Assembly (NCBI GenBank): GCA_963771175.1
Contig: CAVYSY010000044.1
Coordinates: forward strand, 128,001-192,000
Reading direction: 5' to 3'
From: an uncultured delta proteobacterium
GTDB taxonomy: Bacteria > Myxococcota > Myxococcia > Myxococcales > Myxococcaceae
Length of the DNA stretch: 64,000 nucleotides
In this document: positions 1 to 10,079 of the stretch, piece by piece
Position numbering within the stretch: the first letter of the stretch is position 1
Layout of the letters: every line of letters begins with the position of its first letter
The notes under the pieces: generated by a model
The model's input: only the letters and a program-made list of their open reading frames with translations
The model's database searches: none
What the model was told of the DNA's origin: nothing
Translations under genes and position numbers: made by a program

Positions 1-125
1 CCGGTCCAGGCCCTGGGGAGGCTCGGCGGCTCCAGGGGGGAACTCGCGCTCGGCGGCCCGGGTGGCTTCCGGCTCCCCTCGCCACTCCTCCAGGCTGCGC
101 CAGGCGCGCGGGCGCTCGGCGTCAC
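1..125 (-). CDS. N-terminus of ActB-like molybdopterin oxidoreductase/Fe-S subunit (runs off window)
   Basis: GTG start at 125 reads VTAERPRAWRSLEEW...EREFP, a typical ActB leader; lies directly downstream of the pentaheme cytochrome. Confidence 0.55.
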   Translation of the reverse strand, partial: MTPSARAPGAAWRSGEGSRKPPGPPSASSPLEPPSLPRAWT

Positions 126-188
126 CCGCTCCACCGGCGGCTCCGGCCCGGGGCGAGTCCTGCAGGACGGGCAGCGGGTAGCGGTCGG

Positions 189-836
189 TCAGCGGTGGCA
201 TGTGGTGCAGTTCGTCCGGGGCTGGACGTCGTAGAGGCGGGCCAGTTGCTCGGGCGAGGGGTCGCCCTCGCGGTGCCGCCAGCGCAGGGAGGTGATGGCT
301 TCCAGCGGGCGCAGGTGGGGCGTCGGCTCCCGGTGGCAGTCGAGGCACCAGCGCATGGTGAGCGGCTGCGCCTGCGGAATGGACGGCATCAGGTCCACCC
401 GCCCATGGCAGGTGACGCACCCCACGCCCTTGCTCACGTGGATGGAGTGGTTGAAGTAGACGAAGTCCGGCAGGTCGTGGACGCGGTTCCAGGGAATCGG
501 CTGGTTGGCGAAGTAGAAGGCGCGCACCGGCTCGAGCAGCGGGCTCGCGTTCCAGATTTGAGCGTGGCAGCCGAGGCAGGTGGAGACCGAGGGGTAGCCC
601 GCGCTGGAGGAGACCTCGACGGTGTCGTGGCAGTAGCGGCAGTCGATGGCCTCGTCGCCCGCGTGGTGCCGGTGGTCGAACTGCACCGGCTGCGCGACGG
701 GCTGGCGCATGTTCACCATCAGCGGGCTGCGCGAGTAGAGCAGCAGGAAGCCCACGCCGAGCACCGGGGTGGCCAGCAGGCCCGCGGCGGCGACCCTCGC
801 GACAGTGTTCGCGCGACGTGTGAAGACCCAGGCCAT
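189..836 (-). CDS. Pentaheme cytochrome c3 family protein (ActA-like, alternative complex III type)
   Basis: N-terminal TM helix and five CxxCH motifs (CRYCH, CLGCH, CVTCH, CLDCH, CTTCH); WNRVHDLPDFVYFNHS motif. Confidence 0.9.
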   Translation of the reverse strand: MAWVFTRRANTVARVAAAGLLATPVLGVGFLLLYSRSPLMVNMRQPVAQPVQFDHRHHAGDEAIDCRYCHDTVEVSSSAGYPSVSTCLGCHAQIWNASPLLEPVRAFYFANQPIPWNRVHDLPDFVYFNHSIHVSKGVGCVTCHGRVDLMPSIPQAQPLTMRWCLDCHREPTPHLRPLEAITSLRWRHREGDPSPEQLARLYDVQPRTNCTTCHR

Positions 837-1007
837 AGAGAGCGCCTCGGGTCACCGCGCGCGAGGACGCGTGGCTCCGAGGGCTCTCGACCCTAGGGAG
901 GGCCGCCGGGTGCGACAACGCGCGCGTCGCGGGTGCTTCCAGTTGTGAACCGAGACCCCACCCGCGATGTCCGGAATCGCGCGTCTACCGCGGCGAGGGG
1001 GGCACTT

Positions 1008-2071
1008 CTACGAGGCGCGGTCCTCCAGCACGTCCGAGAGGGTGGTGGCGTTCAGGGACCGGTCGAACCAGCGGTCGAGGACGGCCAGGTCCGTGCAGGT
1101 GAGGATGCGCTGGCGGGCCGCCTCATCGACGTGCACGCCCCGGACGTTGAGGATCCGCAGGATGTCCTCGGCACGCCCTTGAATCCGCCCCTGCTGTTGC
1201 CCCTCCTTCCGCCCCTCCTCACGGCCCCTCACGAGGCCCTTTGGAGTCCCTGCTCGAGTCCCTTTTGGAGTCCCTGCTCGATGAGTTGCTCGCCATAGCT
1301 CCGCATCAGCTCCTCCGCTCGTTGCGCACCCAGCACCGAATGTAACACCCGCCCGGCCGTTTCACGGACGGCCTCGTCCCCCACCCACAGCAGGTAGCGG
1401 ATGACCACCACCAGGTGCTCGGCCCCCTCGGGGCCTGCCTGCACCTGCGCGAAGAACGCCACCCAGTCCGGCAGTCGCCGGGCCAACTCCCCGGTGCGCC
1501 CGTAGCGCAGGACCAACCAGGCCAGCCGGACCAGCGGCGGGCCCGGGCGTGCGCTCAGCGCCTCCTCCCGCTCGGCCGTCAGGTCATCGAGCAGGTATTC
1601 GAAATGCGGCACCAGCGCTCGCCAGCGCGCCCGCTGCTCCTCTCCTTCCGGCAAGTCGAAGAGGTCCTCCACCCGACGCGGTGCCGTCCAGGCCCCCCCG
1701 GGCCCGTGGTACATGACGAGTGGGATGATGAGCGGGAGCACCGTGCTCTCCGGGTGCTCCTGGCGCCAGCGCTCCACCTGGCGCACCACGTAGCGCAGCA
1801 TGCGCCACGCCATCCACCGGTCCACCGAGGACTGGTGTTCGAGCAACACGTACAGCAGCAGCGGGCGGCCCGTGCGCAGTCGCGCAGTGAAGAGCAGGTC
1901 GCTCTCGGTCTCCCGCAGCTCCGGGTCCACCACGCTGCCGGGCTCTCGCCGCAGGGACGCCCAGTCCACCTCCGAGACGACATGCGGGGGCAGCACGGCG
2001 CGCAGCTCGGCCGCCGCCCGCTCGGGGTGGCCGAAGGTGTAGCGGGCGAAGAGGTCATGCGGTCCAGACAT
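1008..2071 (-). CDS. Rpn family recombination-promoting nuclease/putative transposase (PD-(D/E)XK); one frameshift near 1240
   Basis: MSGPHDLFARYTF start, ESDLLF, LLEHQSSVD, PLVMYHG motifs; EQG/EEG repeats; C-terminus continues in ORF 1008-1232. Confidence 0.85.
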
Positions 2072-2253
2072 GGCGAGCCGCGCCCAAGCACGCGGCGGGC
2101 CAAGGGCTCCGCGACGAGTCCTCCGCAACGAATCCTCTGACACCTTCCTGGGGGGCATCCCGTGCATCCCGTTTGGCGGGGAGCACTGGTTTCACGTATC
2201 GTTCGCGTGAAATTGTCCATCGCCGCTAGACAGCCGGGCCGAGGGGGACTTCC

Positions 2254-3417
2254 TTGCGAAACGCCTACAACGACTTCCTGAGCGCCCGTTTCTTCCCAGG
2301 GCTGGATGGCCTGCGCTGCCTGAGCATCGTGGCCGTGGTGGCCTACCACGTGGCCGCCAGCCACGGAGGCCTCATCGGCCGCGGCTACCTGGGCGTGGCC
2401 CTCTTCTTCGCCATCAGCGGCTTCCTCATCACCACGCTGCTGCTGCGCGAGCGCGACAAGGTGGGCCACATCTCGCTGCGCGGCTTCATGGCCCGGCGCG
2501 CCCTGCGCATCTTCCCCCTGTACTACGCGGTGCTCGGCCTCTACGTCGCCGTGGTGTTCTTCGCCGAGAAGGACGCCATCGTGCGCGCCGACTTCTTCTC
2601 CAACCTGCCCGCCTTCCTCACCTACACGTCCAACTGGTTCGTCCCCCAGTACCCGGACAAGCGCGTCATCTTCTACTTCGCCTGGTCCCTGGCCACCGAG
2701 GAGCAGTTCTACCTGATGTGGCCCCTCGTCCTCCGCCTGTCCCGGCGCGCCTGGGTGCCCGTGCTCTTCATGGGCGGACTGCTCGCCGTGTCCCTCGGCA
2801 CGCCGGTGCTGGTGTCCGCCGGGCTGCTGGATGGCGACGTGCTCGGCGTGCGCATGCTCACCAGCATCTCCGCCTCCATCTGCATGGGGTGCCTGGCCGC
2901 GTACGCGGTGCACTCGCCCAGGGGCTTCGCCCGCGTGTACCCGGTGCTCGGCCAGGCCTGGAGCGTGCCTGTCATGGCGATGCTGATGCTCGGCGCCGTG
3001 GCATGGCACGAGGCGCCCGCCTGGCTCACCTCGCTCACCATGGTGGCGCTCGTGGTGGCCACCTGCATCCGCGCCAGACAGCCGCTCTCCGCCCCCATGA
3101 GCCACCCCTGGGTGCGCTACGTGGGCACCGTCAGCTACGGCGTCTACCTGCTGCACATGCTCGTGCTGAACGCGGTGCGCCGCGCGGTGCCGGACCAGGG
3201 CACCGTCGTCCAGTTCGTGCTGACGCTCGCCCTCAGCGTGCTCGTGGCCGGGTTGAGCCACCGCTACTTCGAGAGCTGGTTCCTCAAGCTCAAGGGCCGC
3301 TTCGACTGGCGCGGGCACGCCGCCCCCGAGGCGCCCCGCCCCGCTCCGGCCGAGACTCCCGCCCCCCTGCCGGGCCTGGCGCCCGGGCTCGCCGCTCCCG
3401 CCGAGCCCCGGGCGTAG
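2254..3417 (+). CDS. Acyltransferase family 3 (OafA-like) membrane protein
   Basis: LDGLR, GVALFFAISGFLIT, RRALRIFPLYY, WSLATEEQFY, SYGVYLLH motifs. Confidence 0.92.
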   Translation: MRNAYNDFLSARFFPGLDGLRCLSIVAVVAYHVAASHGGLIGRGYLGVALFFAISGFLITTLLLRERDKVGHISLRGFMARRALRIFPLYYAVLGLYVAVVFFAEKDAIVRADFFSNLPAFLTYTSNWFVPQYPDKRVIFYFAWSLATEEQFYLMWPLVLRLSRRAWVPVLFMGGLLAVSLGTPVLVSAGLLDGDVLGVRMLTSISASICMGCLAAYAVHSPRGFARVYPVLGQAWSVPVMAMLMLGAVAWHEAPAWLTSLTMVALVVATCIRARQPLSAPMSHPWVRYVGTVSYGVYLLHMLVLNAVRRAVPDQGTVVQFVLTLALSVLVAGLSHRYFESWFLKLKGRFDWRGHAAPEAPRPAPAETPAPLPGLAPGLAAPAEPRA

Positions 3418-3442
3418 TCCCCCCTCCGGCCGCGTTTCTCGG

Positions 3443-3469
3443 AAACCTGTCCGACTGTCGGACAGGTTT
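3443..3469. repeat. 27-bp palindrome AAACCTGTCCGACWGTCGGACAGGTTT (REP-like), copy 1
   Basis: 13-bp perfect arms; further copies near 9675, 9863 and 22024. Confidence 0.9.
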
Positions 3470-3572
3470 TTTGAAACCGGGCCCGACCCCCGGCCCCGGC
3501 AATGCCTCCCCAGTAATGTCAGACACCTCGCGTAGGGTTTTCTCCAGATGATGATGGAGCGCGAGGTGAGCC

Positions 3573-3983
3573 ATGAGCTGGATTGTCTATTTGATGGGCG
3601 CGGCGGGCTTCGACTCGGTGCGGGACTTCCCCGAGGGCTGGTCTCCTCCGCCGCTCGGCCCCCGCGAGGCCGTCATCCGCCGGCTGCGCGAGGCGCTCCC
3701 CTCCGTCTTCTTCCCCACCCCCGCCGAGGGATGCTTCCACGGTGACGGCTTCTCCATCACCTTCGAGCTCGGCCCCTGGGAGCAGACGCCCCGCGTGAAG
3801 CTGCTCGTGCACGGCGCGGGCGATGAGGTGCTGGACGTGATTGGCCGCGTGTCCGAGGCGCTCGAGGTGCGCGCGCTCGACACGGGCCTGGGGGACTTCA
3901 TGCGCTTCCGCAGGGACCCGGACACCGGCCGCCACGTCTGGCGCGATGCGCCCACCCCGGGCCAGTGGATGGCTCCGGCCTGA
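3573..3983 (+). CDS. Hypothetical protein
   Basis: GAGG SD before ATG; GC3-biased codons. Confidence 0.65.
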   Translation: MSWIVYLMGAAGFDSVRDFPEGWSPPPLGPREAVIRRLREALPSVFFPTPAEGCFHGDGFSITFELGPWEQTPRVKLLVHGAGDEVLDVIGRVSEALEVRALDTGLGDFMRFRRDPDTGRHVWRDAPTPGQWMAPA

Positions 3984-4218
3984 GCTGCCGCTGGGGCGGG
4001 GGTGCACCCCCAGCCCTCGTCCAGCACACCCGGCTCGACTCCCGCCAGGCCGAGAACGCCCTCCTCTCCACCCTCGCCTTTCCCATTCCGGGCGAGCCCC
4101 GGCCACTCCGCCTGCTCTCCGGCGTGACGGCTCCGGCCCGCGTTGCCCCCCGCCGGAAGCCTCCCCACGGTTCTCCAGAGCGGGTGCCCGGCCCCCGAGG
4201 CACCCAAAAGGAGCGGCC

Positions 4219-4653
4219 ATGGCCAAGATGATTCGTGAAGTGATGACGCGCGACGTGGAGGTCATCAACCCCAACGACACCCTCCGCGACGCCGCCGAGA
4301 AGATGCGCAGCCTCAATGTCGGCGCCATTCCCGTCTGCGACGGCCAGCGCGTGCTCGGCATGCTCACCGACCGGGACATCGTCGTGCGCGCCATCGCCCT
4401 CGGGCGGGACGCCAACTCCACCCAGGTGGCCGACGCGATGAGCTCCGGCATCGCGTACTGCTTCGACGACGAGGACGCCGACAGCGTGCTCGACAAGATG
4501 CGGGACAAGCAGATTCGCCGCTTCATCGTGGTGGACCACAACAAGAAGCTGGTGGGCATCGTCGCCATCGGCGACTTCACCGGCGCCGTCAGCGAGCGCA
4601 AGGTGGGCGAGGCCCTCGAGGGCATCTCCGAGCCCTCCACCCCCAACCTCTGA
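4219..4653 (+). CDS. CBS domain protein
   Basis: AAGGAG SD; tandem CBS pair (IREVMTRDV...GMLTDRDIV...LVGIVAIGD). Confidence 0.92.
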   Translation: MAKMIREVMTRDVEVINPNDTLRDAAEKMRSLNVGAIPVCDGQRVLGMLTDRDIVVRAIALGRDANSTQVADAMSSGIAYCFDDEDADSVLDKMRDKQIRRFIVVDHNKKLVGIVAIGDFTGAVSERKVGEALEGISEPSTPNL

Positions 4654-4764
4654 CGCGGCGGACCCGGCCCGCCCCCTCGGGCTCCGGCCGGGCCTCGTCC
4701 CGTCGCCCTCCCCGGGCCGTCCTCCGCCCCTCCCGGTCGCTACCCTTCCCAGAGAGGTGACACC

Positions 4765-5919
4765 GTGAGCGGAGCCATCCGAATCGCCACCCTGCGGGGC
4801 ATCCCCATCCGGCTGCACTACTCCTTCCTCCTGGTGCTGCCCCTGCTCGCCTGGCTCTTCAGTCAGGCCTTCCGCAACGCCGCGGCCGCCGCCGACGTTC
4901 CTCCCGAGCGCCTCCTCGGCCACCCGCTCGCCTGGGGCCTGGGGCTCGTCCTGGCCCTCTTCCTCTCCGTGCTCGTCCACGAGCTGGCCCACTCCTTCTA
5001 CGCCCTGCGCAAGGGCGGCCAGGTCTCCGACATCACCCTGCTGATGATTGGCGGCGTCTCGCGCATCACCCGCATGCCCGAGGGCCCCCGCCAGGAGGCC
5101 GTCATGGCCTTCGTGGGGCCCCTCACCAGCCTCGTGCTGGGCGGCGCCTTCCTCGCCGCGTACACGCTGCTCGTCGGCGCGCGCTCCTTCAACCTCCAGT
5201 TCGCCGTCTTCTACCTGGGCGTCCTCAACCTCTTCCTCGGCTTCTTCAACCTGCTGCCCGCCTTCCCCATGGATGGGGGCCGCGTCCTGCGCGCGCTGCT
5301 GACCCCGCGGCTGGGCCGGGTGCGCGCCACCCAGGTGGCCGGCATGTTCGGCAAGGGCTTCGCCCTGCTCTTCGGCCTCCTGGGCCTGATGGGCGGCAAC
5401 TTCATCCTCCTCATCATCGCCTTCTTCGTCTTCATGGGCGCCGAGGCCGAGTCGCGCGAGGTGCTGGTGCAGTCGCTGCTGGCGCGGGTGCGGGTGCGAG
5501 AGCTGATGATGCCGCGCACGGCCTCGGTGGAGGCGGGCGACTCGTTGGAGGAGGTGGCCACGCGCATGCGGACGGAGCGGCGGCGCGCGCTGCCGGTGGT
5601 GGAGAACGGGCGCGTGGGCGGGCTGGTGACGCTGGCGGCCGTGCGGCAGGTGCCCGCGGCGCGGCGCTCGCACGTACGGGTGCGCGAGGTGGCCGAGCCC
5701 GTGCCCGCGCTCACCCCCGAGTCCACCGCGTGGGACGCGCTGCGCGAGATGGGCCAGCGCCGGCTGCCCCAACTCCCCGTGGTGCGGGAGGACGGCACCC
5801 TGGTGGGCACCGTCACCCAGGACGACGTCATGCGCGGCATGGAGCTGCGCGAGCTGGAGGACACCAACATCTCCGGCCCGTGGGGGCTCGGCCCGCGCGA
5901 GCGGGAGTCGCCCACCTAG
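4765..5919 (+). CDS. Site-2 protease (M50) with C-terminal CBS domains
   Basis: HELAH zinc motif, NLLPAFPMDGGR motif, TM helices, CBS pair. Confidence 0.93.
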   Translation: MSGAIRIATLRGIPIRLHYSFLLVLPLLAWLFSQAFRNAAAAADVPPERLLGHPLAWGLGLVLALFLSVLVHELAHSFYALRKGGQVSDITLLMIGGVSRITRMPEGPRQEAVMAFVGPLTSLVLGGAFLAAYTLLVGARSFNLQFAVFYLGVLNLFLGFFNLLPAFPMDGGRVLRALLTPRLGRVRATQVAGMFGKGFALLFGLLGLMGGNFILLIIAFFVFMGAEAESREVLVQSLLARVRVRELMMPRTASVEAGDSLEEVATRMRTERRRALPVVENGRVGGLVTLAAVRQVPAARRSHVRVREVAEPVPALTPESTAWDALREMGQRRLPQLPVVREDGTLVGTVTQDDVMRGMELRELEDTNISGPWGLGPRERESPT

Positions 5920-6845
5920 CTCCCGGGAAGCTCCGGCCCTCCGCCCGGCGGGCCGAGCGCCGCCGCGAGCACCCCGAGGGCGCGTCGCTCCTCCCGGCGC
6001 ACCCCACCGAGCAGCCCGCGCACGCCGCTGTTGGCCTGGGCCACGCGCCAGCCCACGTCCAGCAGGCAGCGCTGGAGACGGTGGGCCTCGCCCAGGCCCA
6101 GCCGGTGCGCCACCCGCGCGCACAGCGAGCCCAGCGGCGCCACGTCCGGCGGCGCCTCCACGGGGCCCTCGCGCCCGGCCACGCCGTGGAGCCCGTCCAG
6201 GCGGAGGGCCTCGCCGCAGACGCGACCCACCAGCGGGCTGCGCGAGTCGAGGTGCCGCGAGAGCTCGCGCCGGAAGGCCTCGCGCGCCCGGGGGCGCACC
6301 GGGCCGCTCGCGGTGGCCACGCACAGGAAGGCGCGGCGGGGCGCGTCGTGGAAGACCCGCCACTCCTCCTCGGAGAAGCCGCAGCGGGAGAAGGCGGCCG
6401 GCACCGGGGTGAAACGCGTGGTGGCGGGCGAGTCCCACACTTCCGGCCTTCCCAGCCGCTCCAGGAGGCTCACCCCGGCGCGCCTCACGTAGCGCTGCAC
6501 CAGGACGAGCCCTCCTCCCTGGCCGCGCTCGCCCGCCTCGACGCGCACCCCGTCCGTGCGCCGGCCGCCCACCTCCAGCTCGCAGTCGAGCGCGATGGCG
6601 TAGGCCTCCACGCCCCGCCGCGGGTCGTTGATGATGTCGTCCGCGAGCGCCAGCGCCCCCTCGGTGTCCTCGGCGCCGAGGCCGAAGTGGAGCCACCGGC
6701 CCCCCGCGTCCAGCACCTTGAGGACCGGGGTGAAGGCGAGCGCCACCGTCCGCGCCACCTCCAGGCCATCCTCCAACGCGTGGAAGGCCAGGTCCCTCAG
6801 TCTGTCACTGGCAGGTAAGAGCGCTTGATGCATGCATCCCCCCAT
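5916..6845 (-). CDS. Hypothetical protein
   Basis: ORF of up to 309 aa with GC3 bias, convergent with the M50 gene; start uncertain. Confidence 0.6.
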   Translation of the reverse strand: MGGCMHQALLPASDRLRDLAFHALEDGLEVARTVALAFTPVLKVLDAGGRWLHFGLGAEDTEGALALADDIINDPRRGVEAYAIALDCELEVGGRRTDGVRVEAGERGQGGGLVLVQRYVRRAGVSLLERLGRPEVWDSPATTRFTPVPAAFSRCGFSEEEWRVFHDAPRRAFLCVATASGPVRPRAREAFRRELSRHLDSRSPLVGRVCGEALRLDGLHGVAGREGPVEAPPDVAPLGSLCARVAHRLGLGEAHRLQRCLLDVGWRVAQANSGVRGLLGGVRREERRALGVLAAALGPPGGGPELPGS

Positions 6846-7201
6846 CGATGTCTGGGATTCCCGCCCGGCACGTCAGCGCCCAGGAGCCACCCTCCCGACA
6901 TCGCCGTAAGTGCGCTCATGGTACGCACGCCCCTCGGGCGCGACGAGTCGGCGCCGGCGCTTCTCCCGGAAAACCAACACCCGGGGGCCAACTCGTGTGC
7001 GGTGCAAGGCATTGGGCCGCGAGGGAGCGCCGCGGGGTGGAAATCCTCTCATCCGCCAAGGAGCTGCGAGCGCCCGGAAATGGACAGGGCACGGCCGTCG
7101 ACGCCGTGGCCGCCCGGGAGTGTAGTGTCACACGCGGGGCTCGCGCGTCGGGGCGGGGAGGCTCCCCCGACCGCGGTCCTCTTCCTAGCTTGGGAGCCAC
7201 G

Positions 7202-8536
7202 ATGCGAAGCACCAGTGAGGCCCGACGGGACACGGGCCGGCAGGAGCCATGCCCCTGGAAGGCCCGGGCGCTCGCGGAGCTCTCCGCGGCGCGCGCGCGC
7301 CTGCTGCGGATGCTCGAGGGCCTCCCCGAGGACGCCCTCGTGCGCCAGCACTCGCCCCTCATGTCCCCCCTCGTCTGGGACGTGGCCCACGTGGCCAACT
7401 ACGAGGAGCAGTGGCTGCTGCGCCGGCTCGGCGCGCCCGCCCTCACCGACGCCGCCTTCGACGCGCTCTACGACGCCTTCCGCCACCCGCGCGCCACGCG
7501 CTCGGGGCTGCCGCTGCTCTCACCCGAGCGGGCCTTCGCCTACGCCGCCCGCGTGCGCGAGGCCACCCTCTCCTGGCTGGACGCGGTGCCCGAGGACTCG
7601 GACGAGCCGCTCCTGCGCGGCGGCTTCGTCTTCGGCATGGTGGCCCAGCACGAGCAGCAGCACCTGGAGACGCTCGCCGCCACGCTGCAGCTCATGACGA
7701 GCCACGCGTACCGGCCCGCCGAGCGCCCGCGCCCGCGTCCCGGCCGCGCCGCCCCCTACGAGGTCTTCATCCCCGGCGGCCCGGTGCGCCTGGGCAGCGA
7801 CGAGGCGTGGGCCTACGACAACGAGCGCCCGGCGCACGCCGTGGACGTGGAGCCCTTCCTGCTGGACTCGCACCCCGTCACCAATGGGGACTACCTCGTC
7901 TTCGTCGAGTCCGGCGGCTACGCGGACGCGCGCTGGTGGGCGCCGAAGGGCTTCGAGTGGAGTCGCGCCGAGGGCCTGCGCCACCCGCTCTTCTGGCTGC
8001 CGCAGGAGGGAGGCGCCTGGCTGCGGCGGCGCTTCGGCCACGTGGAGCCGCTCCCCCGGGACGAGCCGGTGCAGCACGTGAGCTGGTACGAGGCGGACGC
8101 CTACGCGCGCTGGGCCGGCAAGCGCCTGCCCACGGAGGCCGAGTGGGAGAAGGCCGCGACGGGCTCGGACGGGCAGGCGCGCACCTGGCCCTGGGGCGAG
8201 GCGCCGCCCACGGCCGCGCACGCCAACCTCGGCGGGGACACCTGGGGGCCCTCGCCCGTGGGCGCCTACCCCGCGGGCCAGTCCGCCGACGGCGCGTGGG
8301 GGCTGCTCGGAGATGTCTGGGAGTGGACCTCCAGCACCTTCGCCGGGTACTTTGGATTCAAATCATTTCCGTACCGGGAATACTCGGAGGTGTTCTTCGG
8401 GCCGGAGTACCGGGTCCTCCGGGGCGGAGCCTGGGCGAGTGCCCCCGTGGCCGTGCGCAACAGCTTCCGCAACTGGGACTACCCCATCCGCCGGCAGATT
8501 TTCGCCGGCTTCCGCTGCGCGCGCGACGCGAGGTGA
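7202..8536 (+). CDS. egtB: Ergothioneine biosynthesis sulfoxide synthase EgtB
   Basis: DinB-like N-terminus (HSPLMSPLVWDVAH, QHEQQHLE) plus FGE-sulfatase domain (RLPTEAEWEKAA, GFRCA); adjacent to egtD. Confidence 0.9.
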   Translation: MRSTSEARRDTGRQEPCPWKARALAELSAARARLLRMLEGLPEDALVRQHSPLMSPLVWDVAHVANYEEQWLLRRLGAPALTDAAFDALYDAFRHPRATRSGLPLLSPERAFAYAARVREATLSWLDAVPEDSDEPLLRGGFVFGMVAQHEQQHLETLAATLQLMTSHAYRPAERPRPRPGRAAPYEVFIPGGPVRLGSDEAWAYDNERPAHAVDVEPFLLDSHPVTNGDYLVFVESGGYADARWWAPKGFEWSRAEGLRHPLFWLPQEGGAWLRRRFGHVEPLPRDEPVQHVSWYEADAYARWAGKRLPTEAEWEKAATGSDGQARTWPWGEAPPTAAHANLGGDTWGPSPVGAYPAGQSADGAWGLLGDVWEWTSSTFAGYFGFKSFPYREYSEVFFGPEYRVLRGGAWASAPVAVRNSFRNWDYPIRRQIFAGFRCARDAR

Positions 8537-8542
8537 GGGCAC

Positions 8543-9563
8543 ATGACGGAGCTGAGGAACGGGGCGGGGACGGGGCTGGAGCGGGAGGCCCCGGTGACGG
8601 TGGAGGTGCACGTGCGGCCGGGGGACGCTGCAGCGCGCGCTGCGGGCCGAGGTGCTCGCCGGGCTGTGCGGGGACTGCTGTCCGAAGGAGCTGTCGCCGA
8701 AGTGGCTCTATGACGAGCGCGGCAGCGAGCTCTTCGACGAGATTACCCGGCTGCCGGAGTACTACCCGACGCGGCGCGAGCGGGAAATCCTCGAGGCGCG
8801 CGCGGGCGAGGTGGCGCGGGCGAGCGGGGCGGACACGCTGATTGAATTGGGGAGCGGGAGCAGCGAGAAGACGCGGCTGCTGCTGGACGCGATGACGCGG
8901 GCGGGGACGCTGAGGCGCTTCGTGCCCTTCGACGTGAGCGAGAGCTTCCTGAGGCAGTCGGCCGAGGCGGTGGCGCTCGAGTACCCGGGGCTGCGGGTGC
9001 ACGCGGTGGTGGGGGACTTCGGGCTGCACCTGGGGAAGCTGCCGAGGCAGGGCCGGAGGCTGGTGGCGTTCCTCGGGGGCACCATCGGCAACCTGAAGCC
9101 GGCGGAGCGGGCGCGCTTCTACGCCGCGCTGGCCGGGGGGCTGGAGCCGGGCGAGGGGCTGCTGTTGGGGACGGACCTCCTCAAGAGCCGGGAGCGCCTG
9201 TTCGCGGCGTACAACGACAGCGCCGGGGTGACGGCGGCCTTCAACCGCAACGTGCTGAGCATCCTCAACCGCGAGCTGCGAGCGGACTTCGCGCCCGAGT
9301 CCTTCGAGCACCTGGCGCCCTTCGACGAGGAGAACGGCTGGGTGGAGATGAGGCTCATCTCGACGAGGCCGCAGGTGGTGCGGCTGCCGGCGCTCGAGCG
9401 CCTCGTGAACTTCGCCGAGGGCGAGGTGCTGCGCACGGAGGTGAGCTGCAAGTTCCGCTCGGAGCAGGTGGAGGCGGAGCTGGCGGCGGCGGGGCTGCAC
9501 CTCACCGAGCGCTGGACGGACGCGGCCGGGGACTTCGCCCTCTCGCTGGCCCTCAAGCGCTGA
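8543..9563 (+). CDS. egtD: L-histidine N-alpha-methyltransferase EgtD (apparent frameshift near 8630)
   Basis: KWLYDERGSELFDEITRLPEYYPTRRE, IELGSGSSEKT, FLGGTIGN, AYNDSAGVTAAFNRN. Confidence 0.92.
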
Positions 9564-9673
9564 CCGCCCGCGGCGCGACCCGGAGGCTGGCACCACTCCT
9601 CCTGGCGCGGATTCCACACGAGGACCCCGACGTGATGGGCGCGAGAGGGGGGACCCTCCGGGCGCGCTTTTCA

Positions 9674-9889
9674 AAAACCTGTCCGACAGTCGGACAGGTT
9701 TTCACGGAACGAACCCGGCAGGGCCCCTTGGCTCCGGAGCCCGGGGAGCCGGTTGCGCCCCCTGGCGCCGCGCTCGGTGCTGGACAGGTATCCACCAAGA
9801 GCAACAGACGCGACTGCCTCCCCTATTGGGCAAGAGGGGGGCCTGCCGGGCGCGCTTTTCAAAAACCTGTCCGACAGTCGGACAGGTTT
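9674..9889. repeat. Two copies of the 27-bp palindrome (9675-9701, 9863-9889), each preceded by GGCGCGCTTTTCAA
   Basis: Read directly in the egtD-gntR intergenic region. Confidence 0.9.
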
Positions 9890-10079
9890 CTGGGCATGCG
9901 CCCGACAGGGTCCCCGGCTTCGGGTCCCCGGTCTCGGGTCACTCCATTCCGGGTGCCCCCTATCTCGGGGTTGGACGGGCATCCACCGAGGGCGACCCTG
10001 AAGAGGCTCCCGAGTCCTCTCGCGCTCCTGCCCTCCTGTCTGGCCCACCTGCTGCAATGTCGGCGAGCAGGAGAAGGAG

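Noticed and set aside
6848..7201. Riboswitch or ncRNA upstream of egtB
   Set aside because: GC-rich hairpins are possible, but I recognise no conserved family motif; a covariance-model search would be needed.
7202..8536. Selenoneine synthase SenA
   Set aside because: No senB or selD-like neighbour; adjacency to egtD favours EgtB.
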